A stretch of 64,000 nt of DNA from Macrostomum hystrix (taxonomy: Eukaryota > Animalia > Platyhelminthes), in the NCBI GenBank assembly GCA_950097015.1, contig CATNEN010000001.1:4712001-4776000 (forward strand). Direction: 5' to 3'. A program made the position numbers and the translations under genes. Each line of letters begins with the position of its first letter. Position 1 is the stretch's first letter. The notes under the pieces were generated by a model. That model was given only the letters and a program-made list of their open reading frames with translations, was not told the origin of the DNA and did no database searches. Positions 1-11,900 of this stretch are shown here, piece by piece.

Positions 1-470
1 TGAAGGTGAGGGAAGAGCAGCCCTGCAGGGAGGGAAGAGCGGCACTGAAGGTGAGGGAAGAGCGGCACTGAAGGTGAGGGAAGAGCAGCCCTGCAGGGAG
101 TGAAGAGCGGCACTGAAGGTGAGGGAAGAGCGGCACTGAAGGTGAGGGAAGAGCGGCACTGAAGGTGAGGGAAGAGCAGCCCTGCAGGGAGTGAAGAGCG
201 GCACTGAAGGTGAGGGAAGAGCGGCACTGAAGGTGAGGGAAGAGCAGCCCTGCAGGGAGTGAAGAGCGGCACTGAAGGTGAGGGAAGAGCGGCACTGAAG
301 GTGAGGGAAGAGCAGCCCTGCAGGGAGGGAAGAGCGGCACTGAAGGTGAGGGAAGAGCAGCCCTGCAGGGAGGGAAGAGCGGCACTGAAGGTGAGGGATG
401 AGCAGCCCTGCAGGGAGTGAAGAGCGGCACTGAAGGTGAGGGAAGAGCAGCCCTGAAGGTGAAGGAAGAG
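1..470. repeat. 23-bp minisatellite (GAGCGGCACTGAAGGTGAGGGAA / GAGCAGCCCTGCAGGGAGGGAA variants) in septin intron
   Basis: Directly visible tandem units; begins about 50 bp past the septin donor and runs off the window. Confidence 0.95.
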
Positions 471-522
471 CGAGCAAGGATAGCCATAAATTAGGCCGAC
501 AATCGAGAAGCAGAAAATTCAC

Positions 523-1104
523 CCTCTGTTCAGCGATGAGGTGATCCTCAAACCGAGCCTCGATATAATCAATAATCGGGCACCAACAATTAGAATTATC
601 GACAGCATCGCCGAAGCCAGGCGTATCGATTAGATTCAATCGCAAATGAACACTGTTCTCCTTCAGCAGTACAGTGTGACTCTCAACGTAGACAGTTTTC
701 TTGATTCGTTTAGAAGGTCCCGGATGCTCGGAGTTGTACAATTCCGACAGGAACAAGCTATTTAATAGAGTAGATTTACCAAGGCCAGTTTCTCCAACAA
801 CCATCAGATTGAATTCAAATCCGCGCCTAATAGCTCGCCTATAGATTTGATTTGGCATATTAGCATAGCCAACCTGTTGCTGTTGCTGCGTAGAATCGGT
901 GAAATTCAACAGTGATTTAGTTGTCGATTCTGTGGCCACAGCGGTACCGGATGATAATCCGCTACTACTAGTAGTATTGTACCTACTTGAGATGTTATAT
1001 TTAGCTAGAATATCTTCTCCACCAATAGCGGACGCGGCGGCTGATGAACGAATCGATCTCTGACTATAAGCATCATCTAATGTGCCGCGTTTTGACGATG
1101 CCAT
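523..1104 (-). CDS. SEPT7: Septin-7 (peanut/CDC10-like), first coding exon; remainder lies beyond the window start
   Basis: Not in the ORF track (no stop before position 1). Manual translation from ATG 1104: MASSKRG...[61 protein letters not shown]...[37 protein letters not shown]. Shows the septin P-loop and DTPG motifs in SEPT7-type context. Phase-0 donor GTGAAT at 522; upstream acceptor at 1194-1195. Confidence 0.93.
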
Positions 1105-1224
1105 TTTTTTAATTGTTAGAAAATATCTTTCTTTTTTTATAATTCCTTTGAAGCTGGAAATTTTCCATTGCGTTCTGTTTATACGTCCGAAATCTAAATT
1201 AGAAAAAGTTTAAACTGCTTATTG

Positions 1225-1654
1225 CATGGGTCAGAAAACTTCGGCCCTCGAAGTTCCCAAATCCGGCCCGTTGCCCCTTCCAACACCAACAGTATCCTGT
1301 CTCATCTATCCTTAGTGTGTGTCTTATATGTGTCTTATATCTCCGTTGTCTCATCGTTTCTGTCTTATCTCTCCAATTTCTCATCTCTTCTCTGTCTCAT
1401 CTCTCCCCTTTCTTATCCCTCCCCAGTCTCATCTATCCCGTGTCTCATTTTTTCCCTGTCTTATCTCTCCAATTTCTAATCTCTTCTGTCTCATCTCTCC
1501 CCTTTCTTATCTCTCGCCTGTCTTATCTCTACTGTGCCTTATCTCTCCCGTGTCTCATCTCTCCCCTTTCTCATATTCCTACAGTTAATGAGGCTCGCTG
1601 CCGTCTTTTAGATTCTCTCCGTGACCCGCAAGCTAATAAGTTTGCCGACCCCTG
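1225..1654. mobile_element. Non-autonomous hAT (Charlie/Buster-like) MITE with internal minisatellite
   Basis: Right TIR reverse complement CAGGGGTCGGCAAACT; degenerate left TIR CATGGGTCAGAAAACT; 8-bp TSD GCTTATTG (1217-1224) / GCTTATCG (1655-1662) with central TA. Confidence 0.85.
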
Positions 1655-1944
1655 GCTTATCGGGTTGTTCAATTTTATGCAAATTAATGGCTAGTTACAT
1701 GTGACAAAACAGTCAAAAGAGATTTCGTGCATAAAAATGCAGGATTGTTTTCTAAGAACTAGCTCACACTTTTCAATGTAAATTAGCATTTTGTTTTGAT
1801 AATTCTGACACTAAACAGAATAAATGCTAATATAATGCATGAAACCGATACATACAGTACTTTTAGCAACATATTCAATAAACAAAGTGAATTTAAACTA
1901 TATCTAACAAAAAACTAAATAAAAACCAATTGTGTATGATGATT

Positions 1945-3350
1945 AGAACCCAAACCCTATTAGGATTTGAACCCAAGGTCCCAACCCCAAATAAGTTTGG
2001 AACCCAAGGTCCCAAACCCTAATAAGATTGGAACCCAAGGTCCCAACCCCAAATAAGTTTGGAACCCAAGGTCCCAACCCCAAATAAGATTGGAACCCAA
2101 GGTCCGAACCCCAAATAAGTTTGGAACCCAAGGTCCCAACCCCAAATAAGTTTGGAACCCAAGGTCCCAAACCCAAATAAGATTGGAACCCAAGGTCCCA
2201 AACCCAAATAAGATTGGAACCCAAGGTCCCAACCCCAAATAAGATTTGAACCCAAGGTCCGAACCCCAAATAAGTTTGGAACCCAAGGTCCCAACCCCAA
2301 ATAAGATTGGAACCCAAGGTCCGAACCCCAAATAAGTTTGGAACCCAAGGTCCCAACCCCAAATAAGTTTGGAACCCAAGGTCCCAACCCCAAATAAGAT
2401 TGGAACCCAAGGTCCGAACCCCAAATAAGATTGGAACCCAAGGTCCCAACCCCAAATAAGATTGGAACCCAAGGTCCGAACCCCAAATAAGATTGGAACC
2501 CAAGGTCCGAACCCCAAATAAGATTGGAACCCAAGGTCCCAACCCCAAATAAGATTGGAACCCAAGGTCCGAACCCCAAATAAGATTGGAACCCAAGGTC
2601 CGAACCCCAAATAAGATTGGAACCCAAGGTCCCAACCCCAAATAAGATTGGAACCCAAGGTCCGAACCCCAAATAAGATTGGAACCCAAGGTCCGAACCC
2701 CAAATAAGTTTGGAACCCAAGGTCCCAACCCCAAATAAGATTGGAACCCAAGGTCCGAACCCCAAATAAGTTTGGAACCCAAGGTCCCAACCCCAAATAA
2801 GATTGGAACCCAAGGTCCCAACCCCAAATAAGATTGGAACCCAAGGTCCCAACCCCAAATAAGATTGGAACCCAAGGTCCCAACCCCAAATACGATTGGA
2901 ACCCAAGGTCCCAAACCCTAATAAGATTGGAACCCAAGGTCCCAACCCCAAATACGATTGGAACCCAAGGTCCCAACCCCAAATAAGATTGGAACCCAAG
3001 GTCCGAACCCCAAATAAGATTGGAACCCAAGGTCCCAACCCCAAATACGATTGGAACCCAAGGTCCCAAACCCTAATAAGATTGGAACCCAAGGTCCCAA
3101 ACCCTAATAAGATTGGAACCCAAGGTCCCAACCCCAAATACGATTGGAACCCAAGGTCCCAACCCCAAATAAGATTGGAACCCAAGGTCCGAACCCCAAA
3201 TAAGATTGGAACCCAAGGTCCCAACCCCAAATACGATTGGAACCCAAGGTCCCAAACCCTAATAAGATTGGAACCCAAGGTCCCAAACCCTAATAAGATT
3301 GGAACCCAAGGTCCAAAAACCAGTAAAGATTGGAATTCAAATCCTAATAA
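1945..3350. repeat. 31-bp minisatellite TTGGAACCCAAGGTCCCAACCCCAAATAAGA
   Basis: About 45 tandem units with degenerate edges. Confidence 0.97.
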
Positions 3351-6319
3351 GATTGGAAGCCTGACTGAGGAACTATTAAGATTGGTATCAAAATCTTATT
3401 AATATAGGGACACAAACCTTATTAAGATCCGAATGCATATATTTATTGTATTAGAATGGTACGTACCCAAATATTAGAATGAAAACCCTGGAAAATGAAA
3501 GTCTAAACTTTACAAAATCCACATTTAAGAAGGTAGTAGATTTTGGAAAATTTTGAAGCACTTAAAAGCTTTTTTGGAAAGTATGTGCAGTACATGCTAC
3601 ATACAGTGTATACTGTAACATTTTCATGGTCCACTCAAACTTACAAGGTCTTAACCCTATTAGTTTAGAAAAAGAGTATTTTGCTTGAATGTTTTCAAAA
3701 TAAGCTGTAAAATAACAGTACATGTAGTAAAAATTATATCTAACAGACTAACAGTTAAATAAATAATGAGGACTATTACTTAGGAAATAATAAAAAAATT
3801 AAAAATGTAGGATAGAGCTAAAGAAACAATGTAATGGCCACTTAGTTCCAATAATATTTTACTCCAAATAATACAGTCATGTGGATGGAATGGGTGTATT
3901 TAACAAATGGTTATACTGGTTTACTGGTTAGTTAACTGGTTATACTAACAATAATACAGATTTATTTCCAGTTTAGCATTTTATGAAAACTAAAGCAAGC
4001 TAAACATTGAAATTATATGAAAAATAGTAGTGGTAGAAATATTAAAAATTGCTAGAACATGCTTTAATTTTAGTTGAATTGTGCATATTATAATATAGGT
4101 TTGTAATCAACAATTCAATCATTTTATTCAAGATAACATGCTAAAACAAAGAACAAGAATATATACAACAATAGCTATTAGATTTAATAATATTATTGTC
4201 AAATTTTTCTGTGTAATAATTTATTCTTCTAATACTGGAAATAGAGACATCAATTTTTTATTTGGGCTAGAAATTTAATAGGTAGGCATAGCCTAGGCTA
4301 TAATAGACCTAGCATACATAGCTATTTAAGAAACTTAAATCGAACTAGTAAATAGTAAACTAGTAAAGTCTTATTACTTCATATTATTGAAATTAGGTGA
4401 ATTTTATTCTTAAAAATAAGAAATGGACCAGCTAATATCTACTATCAACACTACTTGGTATTATCCCAAGTCTAGTCAATGAAAATAGCTTATCTTGCAT
4501 TTAAAGAGCTAAGCCTATGCTTATTTTTAATTAGCTAACCAGACAATAATATATTTTTTATTTTTAAACATATTATGAAATTTTAATTTAGGTGAATATT
4601 TTTATAATCACATTGCAAAAGTATACATTATCTATTGGTTACTGTACAGCAACAGTCTGTACTGTATCAATATTCTATGAATAATGATTTTAAGACACAA
4701 CAGTAATTTGCATGGAGCGGAAAAGATCCGCCGCGTATCTCACGTAATTCGATGGGAATTAAAAAAATCGAAGGTATAATGTTACATTTTAAAATAACTA
4801 GAGAAAATGATGCAATAAAGAGTAGTATCACTACCATCTTCGCAGTTCTACTGCTTCAGAGCGTGTTAAAAAAGTTGCTTGCTACGAAATCTTAAATTGG
4901 CCAGCGCTAATACTTATAATATGTTGTTCGTATATTTAAATCAATGAAATGTTAATAAAAGCATATAAAACATAAACCTGTGAAACTATCTATAACATAA
5001 TGCTGCTTAATAAATAGCTTAAACAAATTTGCTTTACTGCAGCTACACCGTGCAACATTTCTTACTTAAAAGTTGGGTTGCTTCGATCGTAGCCAAATTA
5101 TTTGTGTACACAAAAAGCCAGTTTCTTATGTACACACACTAAAAACGCACTCAACGCACACACACACAGTACACTAAAAAGCCAATATATATTATTCTAC
5201 TGCTTGCTATCGACGATCGTACCAACAGTGATCCTAATTAGCTAAAAAAAATACGCATAATTATTGCTTTTTCTGAAGCGTACAGCTGTTACACGAGCCC
5301 CTGTTCGATTTCCTTAATTTAATTTTTTGCCCGCATTATCTACTGAACTTTTACAATCATCTAACTGTACTTAACATTTAAACTAACTACTGCATCACAT
5401 CTAACAACTCTATAGTGTAATGTGGCGTACGTGTGCAGAATTTAAAACAGTTATAAAAAGGGACTGCAAGTGAAAACCAAAAGAGCACAATTTCTTTGAA
5501 ACAGCATGCATCTTAATTCTTTAGAATTCGGTAGCGTTTTACACATTCTCGTAATTAAAATTCTTTCTTTTTGTGTAACACAACCTTGCTGGGACATATA
5601 AACTACTGCATAGTAGCATCTTCTCGTGCGAACTTACTGGAAGGTTCTATTTTTAAAGGCTCAATCTACCCAATTGTAGGAATTTTTTTGCGTTTGAGTT
5701 AAAATAGCAATTTAAGTTTTAAATTTCCCGTCTTGCGCCATGCGGCGCAGGACAAGAATGGTGGTGTACAAACTCTTCTTCGTTTTGTAAATTTACACAT
5801 GCTATAATATATATAGCTGATGCCTTGAATTGTCCCTGAACCAGCGAGATCAACAAGCAGGTCGCGTGCATTAGTACCAACATAACTAGCTTTCTCGACG
5901 TCCCAGAATTTATCCACGCTAATTGCTAGCATATAAAGATATGATGTACTATATATGGGCAGTCGTGTGGTTTGTTGTAGTAAATTGTATTACACTTTTT
6001 TAATGCGGTTCTGGCCATTGTATATGCGTTGCGTATGTATAGATTTTCGTCTGAAATTGAATATTTTTCGTCGATGTATATCGAAATTTACTGCGTTCCA
6101 CTTGAGTGCTGTATATATGATATTCATGAATCGACTATATTGTTGGGATTCTGGGACAGGCCAGTAGGGTTTTATATCTAAACTTTCTAGGTAAACAAAA
6201 ATTTTTTTCTTAGGCAAATTTTGTTTTTTTACGAGATCCACGATATCTAGACAGAAATGTGTCTTGCTTGACTCAGTTTAATAAGCCAAACGCGATTTTC
6301 AGGCATTCAACAGGTGGAA

Positions 6320-8452
6320 ATGTGTCTGTAACAGATTGGAATCTGTGTCTTACAGGTTGGAATCTGTGTCTAACAGGTTGGAATCTGTGTCTAACAGGTT
6401 GGAATCTGTGTCAAACAGGTTGGAATCTGTGTCTTACAGATTGGAATCTGTGTCTAACAGGTTGGAATCTGTGTCTAACAGGTAGGAATCTGTGTCTAAC
6501 AGGTTGGAATCTGTGTCTTACAGGTTGGAATCTGTGTCTAACAGGTTGGAATCTGTGTCTAACAGGTTGGAATCTGTGTCTTACAGGTTGGAATCTGTGT
6601 CTAACAGGTTGGAATCTGTGTCTTACAGGTTGGAATCTGTGTCTAACAGGTTGGAATCTGTGTCTAACAGGTAGGAATCTGTGTCTAACAGGTAGGAATC
6701 TGTGTCTTACAGATTGGAATCTGTGTCTAACAGGTTGGAATCTGTGTCTAACAGGTAGGAATCTGTGTCTAACAGGTTGGAATCTGTGTCTAACAGGTTG
6801 GAATCTGTGTCTAACAGGTAGGAATCTGTGTCTAACAGGTAGGAATCTGTGTCTTACAGGTTGGAATCTGTGTCTAACAGGTTGGAATCTGTGTCTAACA
6901 GGTTGGAATCTGTGTCTAACAGGTAGGAATCTGTGTCTTACAGGTAGGAATCTGTGTCTAACAGGTATGAATCTGTGTCTAACAGGTAGGAATCTGTATC
7001 TTACAGGTAGGAATCTGTGTCTAACAGGTATGAATCTGTGTCTTACAGGTAGGAATCTGTATCTTACAGGTAGGAATCTGTGTCTTACAGGTAGGAATCT
7101 GTGTCTTACAGGTAGGAATCTGTGTCTAACAGGTATGAATCTGTGTCTAACAGGTAGGAATCTGTGTCTAACAGGTTGGAATCTGTGTCTAACAGGTTGG
7201 AATCTGTGTCTAACAGGTTGGAAGCTGTGTCTAACAGGTTGGAATCTGTGTCTAACAGGTAGGAATCTGTCTAACAGGTAGGAATCTGTGTCTAACAGGT
7301 ATGAATCTGTGTCTAACAGGTAGGAATCTGTATCTTACAGGTAGGAATCTGTGTCTAACAGGTATGAATCTGTGTCTTACAGGTTGGAATCTGTGTCTTA
7401 CAGGTTGGAATCTGTGTCTAACAGGTTGGAATCTGTGTCTTACAGGTTGGAATCTGTGTCTAACAGGTTGGAATCTGTGTCTAACAGGTAGGAATCTGTG
7501 TCTAACAGGTAGGAATCTGTGTCTTACAGATTGGAATCTGTGTCTAACAGGTTGGAATCTGTGTCTAACAGGTAGGAATCTGTGTCTAACAGGTTGGAAT
7601 CTGTGTCTAACAGGTTGGAATCTGTGTCTAACAGGTAGGAATCTGTGTCTAACAGGTAGGAATCTGTGTCTTACAGGTTGGAATCTGTGTCTAACAGGTT
7701 GGAATCTGTGTCTAACAGGTTGGAATCTGTGTCTAACAGGTAGGAATCTGTGTCTTACAGGTAGGAATCTGTGTCTAACAGGTATGAATCTGTGTCTAAC
7801 AGGTAGGAATCTGTATCTTACAGGTAGGAATCTGTGTCTAACAGGTATGAATCTGTGTCTTACAGGTAGGAATCTGTATCTTACAGGTAGGAATCTGTGT
7901 CTTACAGGTAGGAATCTGTGTCTTACAGGTAGGAATCTGTGTCTAACAGGTATGAATCTGTGTCTAACAGGTAGGAATCTGTGTCTAACAGGTTGGAATC
8001 TGTGTCTAACAGGTTGGAATCTGTGTCTAACAGGTTGGAAGCTGTGTCTAACAGGTTGGAATCTGTGTCTAACAGGTAGGAATCTGTCTAACAGGTAGGA
8101 ATCTGTGTCTAACAGGTATGAATCTGTGTCTAACAGGTAGGAATCTGTATCTTACAGGTAGGAATCTGTGTCTAACAGGTATGAATCTGTGTCTTACAGG
8201 TAGGAATCTGTATCTTACAGGTAGGAATCTGTGTCTTACAGGTAGGAATCTGTGTCTTACAGGTAGGAATCTGTGTCTTACAGGTAGGAATCTGTGTCTA
8301 ACAGGTATGAATCTGTGTCTAACAGGTAGGAATCTGTGTCTTACAGGTAGGAATCTGTGTCTAACAGGTATGAATCTGTGTCTAACAGGTAGGAATCTGT
8401 GTCTAACAGGTAGGAATCTGTGTCTAACAGGTAAAAATCTGTGTCTAACAGG
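6320..8452. repeat. 21-bp minisatellite AATCTGTGTCTAACAGGT(T/A)GG with an 817-bp higher-order duplication
   Basis: Tandem units; rare variants recur 817 bp apart. Confidence 0.97.
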
Positions 8453-8873
8453 TAAGCACTACATCACCAAAATAATAACAAAAATGAAGTGAATGGCAGC
8501 TTGAATCATGAATTTCTTTTCAATTATCGAAATGAGTTGGAGTATGAAATCTGTCTCTAACCATTTATAGGACACATATACAACTTTTATCTGCACATGC
8601 TCTTGCAGATTTTCTGATGCTTGCCAAAATTATAAAACTGCTTTTTATTCGTGCATGAAAGTTTGATAATTATTTATAGACCGATATCGTATTTAATACG
8701 TTTAATCATACCTAAGCATCAAGTTAATGATAAATATTTTGACGACCAAAAAGATACTAGAAATTATGATAAATGAACAAAATGATGTCAAGCATTTAAA
8801 ACTTTGTTGATTTTCTCAATAAGATAATTTGAATTCAGATTCTCAATCGTCGTTGTTAGGCTCGGTTTAGTAA

Positions 8874-8900
8874 TCAATGCCACTGATAGTAGGAAGCAAA

Positions 8901-8931
<31 letters not shown>

Positions 8932-11900
8932 ATTGTAGTTGAAACTGCCTGGTGATACGGTGGCGGCGGCGGCGGACCTTCTAAGTCCAGATGCCGTTGA
9001 TCCTCAGTCAGATACGAATGCTGATCGTCTGGCGACTCAACCACATCGTCAAGTACACTGCCAGACGAGCCATCGACGACAGCTGCGCCGGCGGCAGTTG
9101 TTGCCGCTGTGACATCGGCTGCCGCGGCTGCAGCCGCCGCCGCGGCGGCCACCGCGGCAGCCGCGCTAGCGTACTGACTGTTGAAGTTGGCCACTGTTGA
9201 TGATTCGCTAAGCAAGCTGCTAACCGGGATGCGGCAGTGAGTGTAGGCAGCCGCCTGCAGCTCCACTGACTTGTCCGCCTGCTGACGCTTCACCTTGTAG
9301 CGTCGGTTTTGAAACCAGATTTTCACCTGTCAGTTCAGGGTATTTAAGAGACGCTTAATTGTTTTAGTAGATTGTATTTTTGAATTGGTCTCAAATTAAG
9401 ACTGAGAAATCGAAACTGCAGAGGGAAGTTTCTAAGAACTGCGTATCTTAGAAAAATTTTAGGAGGCTGGCTATCGGCGAAAATTAGGTTGCGCAGGATA
9501 GCCGAGGAAATTCGACAGGAAGTTGGACACTTTTCATGCAATTGTCTGCTTTTGGGGGATATTATTTGGTTCTCTGCTGTTGAGGGGACATTGGTTCTCT
9601 GCTGTTGGGGAGGACATTGGTTCTCTGCTGTTGGAGGACATTGGTTCTCTGCTGTTGGGGAGGACATTGGTTCTCTGCTGTTGGGGTACATTGGTTCTCT
9701 GCTGTTGGGGGACATTGGTTCTCTGCTGTTGGAGGACATTGGTTCTCTGCTGTTAGGGGACATTGGTTCTCTGCTGTTGGGGAGGACATTGGTTCTCTGC
9801 TGTTGGAGGACATTGGTTCTCTGCTGTTGGGGAGGACATTGGTTCTCTGCTGTTGGGGTACATTGGTTCTCTGCTGTTGGGGGACATTGGTTCTCTGCTG
9901 TTGGAGGACATTGGTTCTCTGCTGTTGGGGGACATTGGTTCTCTGCTGTTAGGGGACATTGGTTCTCTGCTGTTGGGGGACATTGGTTCTCTGCTGTTGG
10001 AGGACATTGGTTCTCTGCTGTTGGGGGACATTGGTTCTCTGCTGTTGGGGGACATTGGTTCTCTGCTGTTGGGGGACATTGGTTCTCTGCTGTTGGGGTT
10101 CTCTGCTATTAGCGTAGTATCCTATAACGCGCATTAATGAGGCTTAGGAAGTGTGTGAGCAATGAGTTTTGAATTTCCGTAATTTGAACCACAAAATTTT
10201 GCCCAATGAACATACACACACACACTCTCTCTCTGAAGTGAAATCAAAATAAGTATACGAATATATAATAATATGCCATCATTATTATATTAGTTATGCA
10301 TAGGTACAGTTTCTGTTCGTTATTCAACTTTCTCAAGTGGAAGAAACTTACTTCGGGGGCGGGTCATTGGTCCGGTCAGATTGAAGAACAGGTTGCAGGC
10401 ATTTTGGTGGGAGTTGTTAGGACTGGATAATCCGTCACGTTCATCAGCTGTCAATCTTTTGACTGCCTTAATTCTATCTATGGGTTGCGAGAGGGTTAAA
10501 GATGAACCAAGGCTCTGAATTGATAATCCAAGTCAGTGGGAGTATAACTACTGGGAACTAATAGTTGTATCTAAGGACCTGATTGGAATGATACTGATTG
10601 ATTGGTCCGCGCGTTAATGGATCCTTCGAGTAGAAGCAAAATTAGCTGAACAAGCGAGACAATGCGTACAGAATGATTGATTTGGGAAGTTTATTAAAGA
10701 AAAGTTAGAGACAACGGACGTGTTGTGACAGATAAAGGGAGAGAGATGTGGGAAGAAATATGAAAGGAGTGAGATGAAGGGAAAAGCATGAAGGGAGAGA
10801 GATGAAGGGGGAGAGATGAAGGGGGAGAGATGAAGGGGGATAGATGAATGGAAAGGCATATAGGTAGAGACATCGAGCGAGAGATGAAGATAGACAAAGA
10901 GAGAGAGAATGGAGAGAGAGAGATGAAGGGGGAGAGATGAATGGATTGACATGAAGGTAGAGACAGAGAGAAGATAGAGATGGATGAAAAGTTAAAAGGG
11001 TGTGAATAGAAGGAGATAATAGAGAATGTGAAACAACTGGACAGATGAGCAGATAGAATGAAATCGAACTAGAAATATTCAAGATTATCCGAAATTCAAT
11101 AACGGACCTTTAAAGATGTCTTGAAAATCTGCCAGTCTACCAATAGACAGTAGGGCATCACACTCTGGAAACGGCAGAAAAAATTTTCCCCCAGCTAAAG
11201 GCAAGTTTATTTATTGTCTAGTTAGGAACATCCAGTTTGAATCCGTTTGATGATGTAACCAGATAGACAAACGATCGACTAGACAAGACAGACAGGGACA
11301 CTTTAGTCTGACTCGAATTCTGTACAAGTAATTTTTCAACACTTTCAAGCCATAGACTAAAGCAATTGACATTGCGCAACTATGGTCATTAACTAACAGG
11401 CGGTTAAACTGGGTGTTTCAAACCAATTAACTGACAAAGAAATGCTCGCCTTACTAAATATGCTGATAACACGTTGCATGAGCCTTAGCAGGTCAGCAAA
11501 CTGTTGCTAAAAATCACCTGTCTAAATCTGTGCTTCACATTTCATTTTGCCTTGTCTAATCATACCTTTGCATTTAACGCGATCCAGGACTTTGGAACTA
11601 GTCATATACATACATCAATGTATACATACATCAATGTATACATACATCAATCATTATGTATCAATCATTCTGTATCAACCATTATGTATAAATCATTCTG
11701 TATCAATCATTCTGTATCAATCATTATGTATCAATCATTATGTATCAATGATTTTGTATCAATCATTCTGTATCAATCATTAAGTATCAATCATTCTGTA
11801 TCAAGCACAATCAATCATTCTGTATCAATTATTGTGTATCAATCATTCTGTATCATTGTTTTTGTATCAATCATTATGTATCAATGATTTTGTATCAATC

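Noticed and set aside
1943-3402. GPWVP/GTLGS repeat ORFs
   Set aside because: 31-bp unit cycling through all frames; no unique coding sequence.
5699-6241. Short ORFs of 70-83 aa
   Set aside because: No recognisable motif or supporting exon chain.
6259-8492. WNLCLTG repeat ORFs
   Set aside because: Frameshifted 21-bp satellite with no gene context.
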